Notes: generated by a model from the letters alone, not told the origin. Numbered from the stretch's first letter, positions 30,065 to 38,556 are shown. The stretch: DNA of 64,000 nucleotides from Acidobacteriota bacterium (GCA_040005235.1 JBDTZG010000022.1:1-64000); one strand, 5' to 3'. A program made the numbers and translations.

Positions 30065-31048
30065 ATGCAGGATCTCTACTCCCGATTGGGTCAGGTTGGG
30101 ATCCCGCGAGCCTATGTCAAGGAGCGCATCCTGCCGGATTGGTGGGAGGATGACCTCGCTCACGATCCGGGCAATCGGCGTCTCGCCGAGCTGGCGATTT
30201 CTCGCACGCTCAAAATTCCCCTTGCCGACCTAGTCGATCCGAGTTCGCCTCTGAGTCTAGAGGGTGCCCATGAGGTCCGCTTCAAGCGCTGGCAGGATGC
30301 GGATCATTCAAGCTTGCTGCCCGCCGTTTCGATCGCACGAAGGGTTTTCGAGTTGTTGCTGTCGTGCGCAAAAAATCTGCCGGCCACACGGCTTGAAGGG
30401 AGCGATCCGAACGACCTCCGAGAGCGAATTCTGGCGCAGACCCAGAACGTGACTCTCGCCGACCTGCTTCGCTACTCCTGGGATTTCGGCGTCCCGGTCG
30501 TGCAACTGGATTCTCTACCGAAGGGGTCGAAACGAGTCGACGGCATGGCGTTCTTTGTCGCCGGTCGCCCCTGTATCGCCCTTGCGAGCTCCAGAAGGAG
30601 CCCGGCCTTTTTGATTTGGCATCTTGCTCATGAGATGGGCCATGTGGCTCTCGGGCACCTGCAATCCGGCGCCGCGCTCGACGTCAACATCGATTTCAAC
30701 TCGGAGCAGGCCGAAGAGCGGGAAGCGAACCTCTTCGCCAAGGACTTGGTCTACGGCAAGAAAAATCGTGAAGGGTTCAAGGCCGCCCGCCACCTGACCG
30801 GCGAAGCTCTGGCCTCTTCGGCAAGGGCCACCGGCGCCATGCACCGTATTTATCCCGGAAGCATCGTGACGAGCTATGGGTTCAATATGAGCGCATGGGG
30901 GACGGCCCAAAGCGCGCTGAATGTTTTGGGTGTCGCCGAAGGCGGCTCCGAAGCTGTTCGCGCGGCGTTGGCGGAGCGGGCCGACCTCGACGAACTTGCC
31001 GACACCGATCGGCAATTCTTTACCAAAGCAACCGGCCTGCTCGAGTAA
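30065..31048 (+). CDS. ImmA/IrrE (COG2856-type) zinc metalloprotease
   Basis: DGM......PCIAL...AFLIWHLAHEMGH...EREANLFA; no evident Xre HTH. Confidence 0.85.
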   Translation: MQDLYSRLGQVGIPRAYVKERILPDWWEDDLAHDPGNRRLAELAISRTLKIPLADLVDPSSPLSLEGAHEVRFKRWQDADHSSLLPAVSIARRVFELLLSCAKNLPATRLEGSDPNDLRERILAQTQNVTLADLLRYSWDFGVPVVQLDSLPKGSKRVDGMAFFVAGRPCIALASSRRSPAFLIWHLAHEMGHVALGHLQSGAALDVNIDFNSEQAEEREANLFAKDLVYGKKNREGFKAARHLTGEALASSARATGAMHRIYPGSIVTSYGFNMSAWGTAQSALNVLGVAEGGSEAVRAALAERADLDELADTDRQFFTKATGLLE

Positions 31049-31052
31049 TCGG

Positions 31053-31697
31053 GTGGCCCTTGGTCCAAAGTTATGCATCGACTCGGATGCACTGATCAAC
31101 CTATTGGCACTCGACTGCCTTAACGACGCGCTCGCATGTCTGGGCGTCGGCGAAACCACCTGCTTTCGACTGCCTTCGATTGAAGCCCAGCTCCGGCGCG
31201 CGAGGTGGGTCGGCGAGCGCTGGCCAAGAGTAGATCGGGCGGCCTTGGCCGACACGGTGTGCAGATTGCCAGTCCTTCCACCCCCTCAGGACATCACCAC
31301 CCTCGACGCGCTCAACTCCAGAGAAGGAATCGACGAAGGCGAGGCGTACATCCTGGCCCGGGCACTGGAAGACCAGGCGTTGTTGGTGCTCACGGGCGAC
31401 GGCAAAATGATCCGAGCACTGCATCAAGCGCCCCCGCTCATCGACCTTGAACGTCTACGCGGGCGAATCGTGATCTTCCCGCAGATCATCGGGGCGCTGG
31501 TAAGCCGCCTGTCGGTTTTAGAGGTTGAATACCGTTGGCGCAGCGCAGCCCCGGGCGCGACGAGCCAAAGGCAGAAAAGCCTCTCCGTGATGTTCGGATC
31601 GGCCCCGACTTCGACCGAGGAGTTCTGGAGCGGCTATAAGTTTCAAGCGAGTCGCGTTACCGAGGCCTGCGGCGAAGGGTGGCTCTACCCGCTATAA
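31053..31697 (+). CDS. PIN-like nuclease domain protein
   Basis: IDSD near the N-terminus, IDEGEA and LTGD acidic motifs; GTG 4 nt after the upstream stop. Confidence 0.65.
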   Translation: MALGPKLCIDSDALINLLALDCLNDALACLGVGETTCFRLPSIEAQLRRARWVGERWPRVDRAALADTVCRLPVLPPPQDITTLDALNSREGIDEGEAYILARALEDQALLVLTGDGKMIRALHQAPPLIDLERLRGRIVIFPQIIGALVSRLSVLEVEYRWRSAAPGATSQRQKSLSVMFGSAPTSTEEFWSGYKFQASRVTEACGEGWLYPL

Positions 31698-31812
31698 GGA
31701 ATCGTTTTGGCGGGTCCGAAGGAATCGCCGAAGGTACGTGACAACCGGATCCTCCTTGCTCCGGTCTCTGTCCCGTGTCACTTCTCAGGCACGGTGTAAT
31801 AGTCTCGGCCTC

Positions 31813-33561
31813 ATGCGAAATTTTGCCTGCCTTCTGCTCGCCGCTACCCTCTGCTCCTCAGCCCATGCTCAGGCCACCCCCGTAGCCGATCGGGTAACGC
31901 AACAGAATGCGCTGTTCGAGGAGTTTTATCAGGCCGATCTCAAGAGAGCGCCGGAGCGGGCGACCTCGGTGGGCGACTATCGCTACAACGATCAGCTGAG
32001 CGACGTGTCGCTTGCGCAGATCGAGCGGAAGCAAGCGGAGGACGACGCTTTCCTCCGGCGGCTGCGAGCCATTCCGACCACCGGCATGGCGGAGGTCGAC
32101 CGGATGTCGCACGAGCTTCTTGAACGGCAAATCGTCCGCGCCGGCGTGGGTTACGAACTCAAAAACTACGAGATGGCGATCAACCAGCAGGGCGGCATTC
32201 ACACCTCCCTGGCCGATCTGCCGTTGAGTGTGCCCTTGGATTCGGTGCAGCGCTACGAGGATTACATCGCTCGGCTCCACCAGATCCCGCGGGTGTTGCA
32301 GCAGACCACCGAGGTACTGCGCGCCGGAATGAAGGACGGGCTGATGCCGCCCAAGCTCGTCGTGGACCTGCTGCCGGGGCAGTGCGACGGGATCGTTTTG
32401 GCCAACCCGTTCGTGCTGCCGTCGAAGAAGTTTCCGGCGACCTTTTCCGAGGAGGAGAAGCAGCGGCTGACGGCCGCGATGGCCAAGGCCGCCAACGAGG
32501 AAGTCCTTCCGGCCTACAAGAAATTCGCGGCGTTCCTGCGCGACGAGTACGCGCCCAAAGGGCGGACCGCGATCTCGGTCGAGAGCCTACCCGACGGCGT
32601 GCGCCGCTACGCCGAAGCCGTGAAGACGATGACCACCCTCGACATCACTCCGGACGCCGTCCATGAGGTGGGCCGGAAAGAAGTGGCTCGGATCACGGGC
32701 GAGATGACCCAGCTGGCCAAGGCGCAGGGCTACCAGGACCTCGCCGCCTTCCGTGCCGCGATTCACGGGGATTCCAAGTGGCAGCCGAAAACCGAGGACC
32801 AAATCGTCGCCGACTTCAAGAAGTACATCGACGCGATGCAACCTCGGTTACCAGAACTCTTCGGCCTGCTGCCAAAATCGCCGGTGACGGTCGAGGCCAT
32901 TCCCGACTTCGACAAGGCCACGGCGACGCACTACGTCCGCGGCACTCCGGACGGCAAGCGGCCCGGGCGGGTGGTGGTCGCCGTCGCCGACCCGACCCAT
33001 CGCACCCTGGTGAACGACGAGGCGGTCGCCTATCACGAGGGCGTGCCGGGGCATCACATGCAGCTCAGTGTGGCTCAGCAACTGGAGGGTCTGCCGAAAT
33101 TCCGGGTGCTCGGCGGAGGAGGCCTGTCCGCCTACGCCGAAGGTTGGGCGCTCTACTCAGAAGAACTTGGCAAAACGATCGGCCTCTACAAGGACCCGGT
33201 GTCCGACTACGGCCGGCTGAATTCCGAGCTGTTCCGCGCCGTGCGGCTGGTGGTCGATACCGGCATCCACCATAAGGGCTGGACGCGCGACCAGGTGATC
33301 GCCTACATGCATGAGAACGACGTCAACGACGTCCAAGCGCAGACGGAAACCGACCGCTACATCGCGTGGCCAGGCCAGGCGCTGGCTTACAAGATGGGCC
33401 AACTGAAGATCCGCGAGCTGCGGGATCGCGCCCAAACCAAGCTCGGACCGCGTTTTGACATCAAGGCGTTCCACGACGAAATTCTGAACGGCGGAGCGCT
33501 GCCGCTCGACCTGCTGGAGGAGCGCGTGGATAGGTGGATCGCGGGGCAGCGGCAGCCGTAA
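31813..33561 (+). CDS. DUF885-family secreted protein (putative metallopeptidase)
   Basis: Signal peptide; HEGVPGHHMQ, EGWALY.E, RAVRLVVDTGIH and PGQALAYK motifs. Confidence 0.92.
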   Translation: MRNFACLLLAATLCSSAHAQATPVADRVTQQNALFEEFYQADLKRAPERATSVGDYRYNDQLSDVSLAQIERKQAEDDAFLRRLRAIPTTGMAEVDRMSHELLERQIVRAGVGYELKNYEMAINQQGGIHTSLADLPLSVPLDSVQRYEDYIARLHQIPRVLQQTTEVLRAGMKDGLMPPKLVVDLLPGQCDGIVLANPFVLPSKKFPATFSEEEKQRLTAAMAKAANEEVLPAYKKFAAFLRDEYAPKGRTAISVESLPDGVRRYAEAVKTMTTLDITPDAVHEVGRKEVARITGEMTQLAKAQGYQDLAAFRAAIHGDSKWQPKTEDQIVADFKKYIDAMQPRLPELFGLLPKSPVTVEAIPDFDKATATHYVRGTPDGKRPGRVVVAVADPTHRTLVNDEAVAYHEGVPGHHMQLSVAQQLEGLPKFRVLGGGGLSAYAEGWALYSEELGKTIGLYKDPVSDYGRLNSELFRAVRLVVDTGIHHKGWTRDQVIAYMHENDVNDVQAQTETDRYIAWPGQALAYKMGQLKIRELRDRAQTKLGPRFDIKAFHDEILNGGALPLDLLEERVDRWIAGQRQP

Positions 33562-33854
33562 GGCGGTTGCGGCGCCATAGGACGGGTTCGAAGGCCGGGA
33601 GGGAGAGCGGTCGCGTTAGCGGACGAGAGCCGAGCTTGCTCGCCCTCGTCGATCGCTTCCCGCTCAGCCGACCGAAACAGGCACTATCCCTGCAGCTTGC
33701 CTCTTGGCCTTCGGTCTTTTCCCTGGGTCGCCAAGAAGCGGAGAGCGTCTCAGCGATGCGCGTCATGAGCGGCGCTGCGAGGGGCCAGCATCTCGGCTAG
33801 CGCCAGGCCAGGCAGACCGCGATACGCTCTCAAAGTCTGTGTGAGAGGTCGCCA

Positions 33855-34163
33855 ATGATCAGAGTCCAATGCTACGAAGCCGAGCTAAACCTTAGGCGCC
33901 TCCTCGACGAGGCCGCCTCTGGGGAGGACGTGATCATCGAAGGAGCCCACGGAGCCGCGGTTCGCCTCGTTCCCATAGACGAAGCGGATGAGGAGCCGCG
34001 CCAGCCAATCGGCCATGCACTGGATCGCTATATTGGAACTTGGTCCGTTGAACAGGAGGCGGAGGTTCTCAGGGCCGTTGCGATTTTCGAAGCCGTGGAG
34101 TCAAACCGTGTTGGAGGACTGGCTTCTTTAGGGCGCAGCGGTCGCGATTTCAGAAGCCTTTAG
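33855..34163 (+). CDS. Phd/YefM-like antitoxin (orphan)
   Basis: EA..NL.RLLDEA..GEDVII......VRLVPI; C-terminal LD..IGTWS..QEAE....F resembles VapB-type tails. Confidence 0.7.
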   Translation: MIRVQCYEAELNLRRLLDEAASGEDVIIEGAHGAAVRLVPIDEADEEPRQPIGHALDRYIGTWSVEQEAEVLRAVAIFEAVESNRVGGLASLGRSGRDFRSL

Positions 34164-34258
34164 TGTGAGGCCGCGGTCATACTTCGAATCGCCGATCAGA
34201 GTCCTCGAGTTGCCAACTTCTCTTCTATTCTGACCTCTTCTGTTCGAGGCATTTGACT

Positions 34259-35275
34259 ATGTCAGTACCGCGCCGACATCACTACATTCCCCGCTTCCTC
34301 CTTCGCCGCTTCGCCTCGCGACGAGACGGTAAGAAATCTTGGATCTGGCAGGCGTCGAAAGACGGTAGCGTCCGGGAAGTGAGTACGAGAGATGCGGCTG
34401 TAGAGACAGACTTTCACGGAGGCGCGGACACTGGCATAGAAGCGGCCTTGAGCGAATTTGAGACGAGGTTTTCCATTGCCCTCTCCGAGATTGATCAGGA
34501 GGCAACGGTCAAGGGTCGGGAAGAAACGTTGAGGCAGTTAATCTGGACTCTTGCCATCAGGACTCGCGCGGTTCGCGATCAGTTTGATAGATTCATTGGC
34601 GATCTCTTGGGCGCAGCAGCCAACTCTTTTCAATCCGAAAGCGGTACCAGGGTTCTGATGAAAGAAATTGAATCGAGACTACCGGAACTCTTGGGACCGG
34701 AGCTCACTTCTCTTGACTCAGTCGGTCCTCAGGCCGACTCCTTATTGGCGCAAGTTCAACAGATGCTTGAGTCCGGACTGCCTCAACGAGTCTTTTTTGA
34801 TACGCTAGGAGAAGAGTTCAGGGAGGATTCAAGACTTTCTCAACAGGGCCAGCTGAAGGGTCTGGCAAGAGTCATCGAAATCGGAGGTGCACCAGAAAGT
34901 TTTCGCCCCACGGGCTGGGAGATCTTCGATTTTAAGGATCACGAGATAGTTCTTGGTGACGGCTGCATTGTGGCCACGATTGCCGATGGTCAGACCGCTT
35001 CACTCTTGAGACCAAACGGTGCTTGGGAGAACATATACCTGCCAATATCTCCTTCTCGCGTCCTTGCTGCAGGACGGGAAAATCCGCCGGCACCCTTGGC
35101 GGATGCAATCAACCGAGCCTCGGCAGAACTCTCGGTCTCACAGTTCTTTTGTTCTAGCGCCAGCGCGGCTGCGCCGAACTTGGTATCAAGGATCGGACAA
35201 AGGGCAGTCATTCTAGACGAAGTAGACATGCAAGAGATGTTTGCTGATGGGTGGAGGGAGCGGGACAACGTGTAG
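34259..35275 (+). CDS. DUF4238-like protein
   Basis: N-terminal HHYIPRFLLRRF and later YLPISP motif; visibly more AT-rich codons than the flanks. Confidence 0.75.
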   Translation: MSVPRRHHYIPRFLLRRFASRRDGKKSWIWQASKDGSVREVSTRDAAVETDFHGGADTGIEAALSEFETRFSIALSEIDQEATVKGREETLRQLIWTLAIRTRAVRDQFDRFIGDLLGAAANSFQSESGTRVLMKEIESRLPELLGPELTSLDSVGPQADSLLAQVQQMLESGLPQRVFFDTLGEEFREDSRLSQQGQLKGLARVIEIGGAPESFRPTGWEIFDFKDHEIVLGDGCIVATIADGQTASLLRPNGAWENIYLPISPSRVLAAGRENPPAPLADAINRASAELSVSQFFCSSASAAAPNLVSRIGQRAVILDEVDMQEMFADGWRERDNV

Positions 35276-35316
35276 GAAGTATGGCTTCGACACAAAAGGA
35301 TCAGTTATTTAGCGCG

Positions 35317-35481
35317 GGTGACCGAGGGGCGCAACCCATCTTGCCGAGCGGGGGCGGCCCATGAGATGCCGCAGCCGCGCGGCGCAAACGCCCTTTTGTG
35401 CAGTATGACGACGTACCAGTCGTCGACCCCTAGGGCAGGGATGTCAACCTGAATCGGCCTCGGCGCGTGCGCGGCATCGAG
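35317..35481 (-). pseudogene. Decayed internal fragment of the class V PLP enzyme at 37252-38472
   Basis: Translates as LDAAHAPRPIQVDIPALGVDDWYVVILHKRAFAPRGCGISWAAPARQDGLRPSVT, versus VDAAHAPGAIPVDIPSLGVDWYVANLHKWAMAPRGCAILWAAPERQEGLRPSVT at 37711-37872. Confidence 0.9.
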
Positions 35482-35543
35482 ACTTGGCACTTCGAGTCCA
35501 ATTCCGCTGGGCACCTGCGCGGCTTCCGAAGCGTCGAGATACG

Positions 35544-35951
35544 TCAGCCGGCACCCAAGACAACCACCTCGGGCATCTTCGCTCCAGCTTTCTCGAAGGT
35601 CGCCATCCGCTCCACTCCAGAGCGGAGGTAGTTGCAGTAGATAACGCGATCGATGAATCCGGGCTTTGCAGATTCGAAGTTGGGAGTTGCCAGAACTTCT
35701 TTCATCTCTGGCGTGGCTTCGACGCCCGACGTGGTCAGGAACTCTCGGAAGCCTTCAAGGGCGTCTCTCTTCGAAACGCCATAGTGGTGCTGCAGCGCGT
35801 AGTAGGCCTCGGCCAGGACGATGTCCGAGACCAGAATCCGATCTCCTGCGCGTCGTCGATCCAGAAGGTAGCGAAGGGCCGTAGCCGCAAGCTCCTCTGG
35901 AGCCCCCGAAAGGAGGCGTACGATGACCGAGGTGTCGAGCCCTACGATCAA
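35544..35951 (-). CDS. vapC: VapC-type PIN-domain toxin
   Basis: GLDTSVIVRLL, VLAEAYYAL, GFID..I and ATFE motifs; TTG overlaps the antitoxin stop (TTGA). Confidence 0.88.
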   Translation of the reverse strand: MIVGLDTSVIVRLLSGAPEELAATALRYLLDRRRAGDRILVSDIVLAEAYYALQHHYGVSKRDALEGFREFLTTSGVEATPEMKEVLATPNFESAKPGFIDRVIYCNYLRSGVERMATFEKAGAKMPEVVVLGAG

Positions 35952-36256
35952 AGATTGCGCTCCTTGACGATCCCTGCCGCAATACTCCGACGGATCGACT
36001 CCATGTCGTGATCTGCCACCCGGCCTGCGTATTTCTTGAACATACCGAACCAAGCAGGAGGCGGCTCGCCGCCCAACCTCTCCGTGTCCTTCTCCGGCAG
36101 GGTTTGCCCGGAAGGCTCAAGTGCCTCCATTTCTCTAGGATCGACGTAACGTCGGAACAGCGCCTCAGTCACCTCTCGCACGGCGCGGCCTTCCAGAGCG
36201 CTTTTGGCCTTGACTTGCCGGTAGAGGTCGTCGGGTATCTCAATCGTGGCTTTCAT
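35948..36256 (-). CDS. Ribbon-helix-helix antitoxin (VapB-like)
   Basis: MKATIEIPDDLYRQVKAKSA.EGR.VREV..AL; coupled to the PIN gene. Confidence 0.85.
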   Translation of the reverse strand: MKATIEIPDDLYRQVKAKSALEGRAVREVTEALFRRYVDPREMEALEPSGQTLPEKDTERLGGEPPPAWFGMFKKYAGRVADHDMESIRRSIAAGIVKERNL

Positions 36257-36268
36257 GCAGGAAGTAAA

Positions 36269-36291
36269 CCGTATTGCCGTATTCCCGTCAA
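36269..36291 (-). promoter_or_regulatory. Putative vapBC -35 (TTGACG) with tandem AATACGG operator repeats
   Basis: Minus strand TTGACG-GG-AATACGG-C-AATACGG; -10 not canonical; no SD before the ATG. Confidence 0.5.
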
Positions 36292-36308
36292 GGTGCATAC
36301 CCCAACGC

Positions 36309-36789
36309 CGGTCGGAGTCCGAGTCGTCCGGACCTCGATCGCAGCCGTCGGGACCTCGATCGCAGCCGTCGGGACCTCGATCCGAGTCGTCCAGACCTCG
36401 GTCGCAGCCGTCGGGACCTCGGTCCGAGCCGTCCGGACAGGGTCGCAGCCATCCGGATCTTGGTCCGAGTCGTTCGGACCTGGGTTGCAGCTGTCCGGGC
36501 CTCGGTCCGAGCCGTTCGGACCTGGGTCGCAGCTGTCGGGATCTGGGTCCGAGCCGTCCGGACCGGGTCGCAGTCGTCGGGACCTCGGTCCGAGCCGTCC
36601 AGATCTCGGGCGCAACGGTCGGGAATCAGGTCCGAGCCGTCCGGATCTTGGTCCCAAAAGTCGGAACCTCGGTCCGAGACATCCGGACCTCAGTCGCGGC
36701 GGTCCGAACTTCAGTCCGAGCCGTTCAGACCTGGGTCGCGGCGGTCGAGACCCCAGTCCAAGCCGCTCGGACCTCGGGCGCGGCCGCCT
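36309..36789. repeat. Degenerate 21-bp tandem array (22 units plus a partial one) with 42-bp higher-order alternation
   Basis: Consensus GGACCTCGGTC(CGAG/GCAG)CCGTC(C/G); CGAG and GCAG units mostly alternate; two units are 20 bp (36435, 36560). Confidence 0.95.
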
Positions 36790-36887
36790 TGGCCGCTCGA
36801 CCGGGCCTCAATGTCACCGCCCAAATCGGCTTTTCCAGCCAGCCGGATCCCGCCGGACGGGGTAGATCGCGAAGACGACGACCCGCA

Positions 36888-37118
36888 TCACCGGCGAAGC
36901 CGCGCTTCGGCCGCGTCCTTTGCCTCGCTCCACGACACGACGTCATCCGGATTTGCCTGGTATTCGGCGATTCTGATGTCCAGGTCGGAACGATGGGCCG
37001 CGGTGAGCGGCGGCGCCTGTGGGTCGGCGGCAATGTTCGCCCAGATCTCCTCGACGAGATCCAGACGCTCTTCGATGTCGAGCCGATCGATGCCGAGGCT
37101 TTTTACGGTGGCAAGCAT
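36888..37118 (-). CDS. Addiction-module antitoxin component (TIGR02574-like), orphan
   Basis: L..EERL.LVEEIW..I......LT..H...LD.R...Y..NP...VSW.E.K; GGAGG RBS. Confidence 0.85.
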   Translation of the reverse strand: MLATVKSLGIDRLDIEERLDLVEEIWANIAADPQAPPLTAAHRSDLDIRIAEYQANPDDVVSWSEAKDAAEARLRR

Positions 37119-37144
37119 CGGATACCCTCCCCAACCCTGCTGGG

Positions 37145-37241
37145 CGGAAGCGCATGGGAATCGAACCCACCCCCCACGCCGGAACCGGCGCGGGACAACG
37201 GTTTTGAAGACCGCAAGAGGCACCAGCCCCCGAGCGCTTCC
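37145..37241 (-). tRNA. selC: tRNA-Sec (anticodon UCA)
   Basis: 8-bp acceptor GGAAGCGC/GCGCTTCC; 6-bp D stem with TGGT loop; anticodon loop CTTCAAA; long variable arm CCCGCGCCGG-TT-CCGGCGTGGG; 5-bp T stem with TTCGATT; discriminator G. Confidence 0.95.
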
Positions 37242-37251
37242 GTGGGGGATC

Positions 37252-38472
37252 TTATCCGATGGCTCCGACAACGGCGGGCTTCAAGGTCCGGGCGTCGATC
37301 GCGGCGCCTAGGCGGTCGAAGTCTTCCAGGTCGTTGTAGACCTGGGCGGCGATGCGGATCCAGAGGCGGCCTCCGAGAGCGAAGGGGTTGACCTCAACGT
37401 GATCTTCGTAGAGCAGGGCGTCTTTGAGTGCGCCCGCTTCGGCGCGGGTGGAGCCTAGGGATTCAGGCAGCGGCACCGAGATCATCGTGCCGATCATGGA
37501 TTCGGGCGTAGTGAGGTCGGCCTTCGTTCCCCAACGCTCGGCGAGCCGGTGCCCGCCTTTCCAGGCGAGGTCGTGGTTGTAGGTCTGGACCGCTTCGAGC
37601 CCGAGGTCGCGAAGGAAGGCAATCCCTTCGGGGGCCGAGAGGTACGAGGTCGGGTCGTAGGTCGGAATCCATTCGAACTCTTTGAGGAAGCCCTGTTCGA
37701 AACCCCAGGACGTGACCGACGGGCGCAGACCCTCCTGCCGCTCGGGGGCGGCCCAGAGGATGGCGCAGCCGCGCGGCGCCATGGCCCATTTGTGGAGGTT
37801 GGCGACGTACCAGTCGACGCCGAGAGACGGGATGTCGACCGGAATCGCCCCCGGGGCGTGGGCGGCATCGACCAGGACGGCGATACCTCGGGAGCGGAGG
37901 GCGGCGGCGATTTCGCGGAGCGGGAGGACCAAGGCCGTCTCCGCGGTGATCGAATCGACCACCGCGAGGCGGGTGCGGGGACCGGTGGCGCGGAGGAACG
38001 CATCCACGATGGCGGCAGGGTCGGGGGGCGGGAACGGCAGATCCAGCGCGCGGACCAGGGCGCCCCGCTCTCGCGCCACGAACTGCGCCGTGCGCGCGAC
38101 GGCGCCATAGGCGAGGTTGGCGACCAGGATCTCGTCGCCCGGCCGGAAGTCGAACGAGCGAAGGACCGCGTTGATGCCGGTCGTCGCGTTCTGGACGAAG
38201 ACGAGATCGGCAGGAGCCGCGCCGACAAATTCCGCGACCTTTCCGGCCGCCTCCCTCAATCGCGATTGCGGTAGGTCGTGGCGTCCGCTCTCTTCCGACA
38301 GCTCCCTCAGAACGAAGCGCGCCGGCTGGCGCTCCATCTCGTCCCGGAGCTTCTGTTGAAAATCGAGCACCCGCCGCGGGGTGACCCCGACGGTGCCGTG
38401 GTTGAGGTAAGTGATCTCAGGGTCCAGCAGCCAATGGGAGAGGAAGGACCGGCCGAACAAGGGGGCGCTCAT
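37252..38472 (-). CDS. Class V PLP-dependent enzyme (isopenicillin-N epimerase / C-S lyase-like)
   Basis: YLNHGTVG, NATTGIN, VDAAHAPG and NLHKW (PLP lysine) motifs. Confidence 0.88.
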   Translation of the reverse strand: MSAPLFGRSFLSHWLLDPEITYLNHGTVGVTPRRVLDFQQKLRDEMERQPARFVLRELSEESGRHDLPQSRLREAAGKVAEFVGAAPADLVFVQNATTGINAVLRSFDFRPGDEILVANLAYGAVARTAQFVARERGALVRALDLPFPPPDPAAIVDAFLRATGPRTRLAVVDSITAETALVLPLREIAAALRSRGIAVLVDAAHAPGAIPVDIPSLGVDWYVANLHKWAMAPRGCAILWAAPERQEGLRPSVTSWGFEQGFLKEFEWIPTYDPTSYLSAPEGIAFLRDLGLEAVQTYNHDLAWKGGHRLAERWGTKADLTTPESMIGTMISVPLPESLGSTRAEAGALKDALLYEDHVEVNPFALGGRLWIRIAAQVYNDLEDFDRLGAAIDARTLKPAVVGAIG

Positions 38473-38504
38473 GGGGGCGACGATAGCGCAGGGCGGAGTG
38501 AACG

Positions 38505-38535
38505 AAAACGGAGGGGCCAGACCCGCGCCCCTCCG
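38505..38535 (-). terminator. Intrinsic terminator downstream of the M56 gene
   Basis: Minus strand CGGAGGGGC...GCCCCTCCG followed by TTTT. Confidence 0.7.
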
Positions 38536-38556
38536 GTCAGAGTCGATACGTTCTTC

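Noticed and set aside
33562-33854. Small gene or remnant in the gap after DUF885
   Set aside because: Short ORFs on both strands with no recognisable motif; cannot be supported
36309-36789. CRISPR array
   Set aside because: Contiguous degenerate 21-bp units with no unique 25-45-bp spacers; no cas genes in the window
29700-37145. Intact integrative element or prophage at selC
   Set aside because: No integrase, transposase or phage genes, and no duplicated tRNA 3' end found by eye
36008-37391. Long repeat-protein ORFs (36008-36865, 36246-37391, 36274-37311, 36253-36657)
   Set aside because: Open in several frames because the repeat lacks stops; heptad phase is broken by 20-bp units; most overlap antitoxin genes or tRNA-Sec
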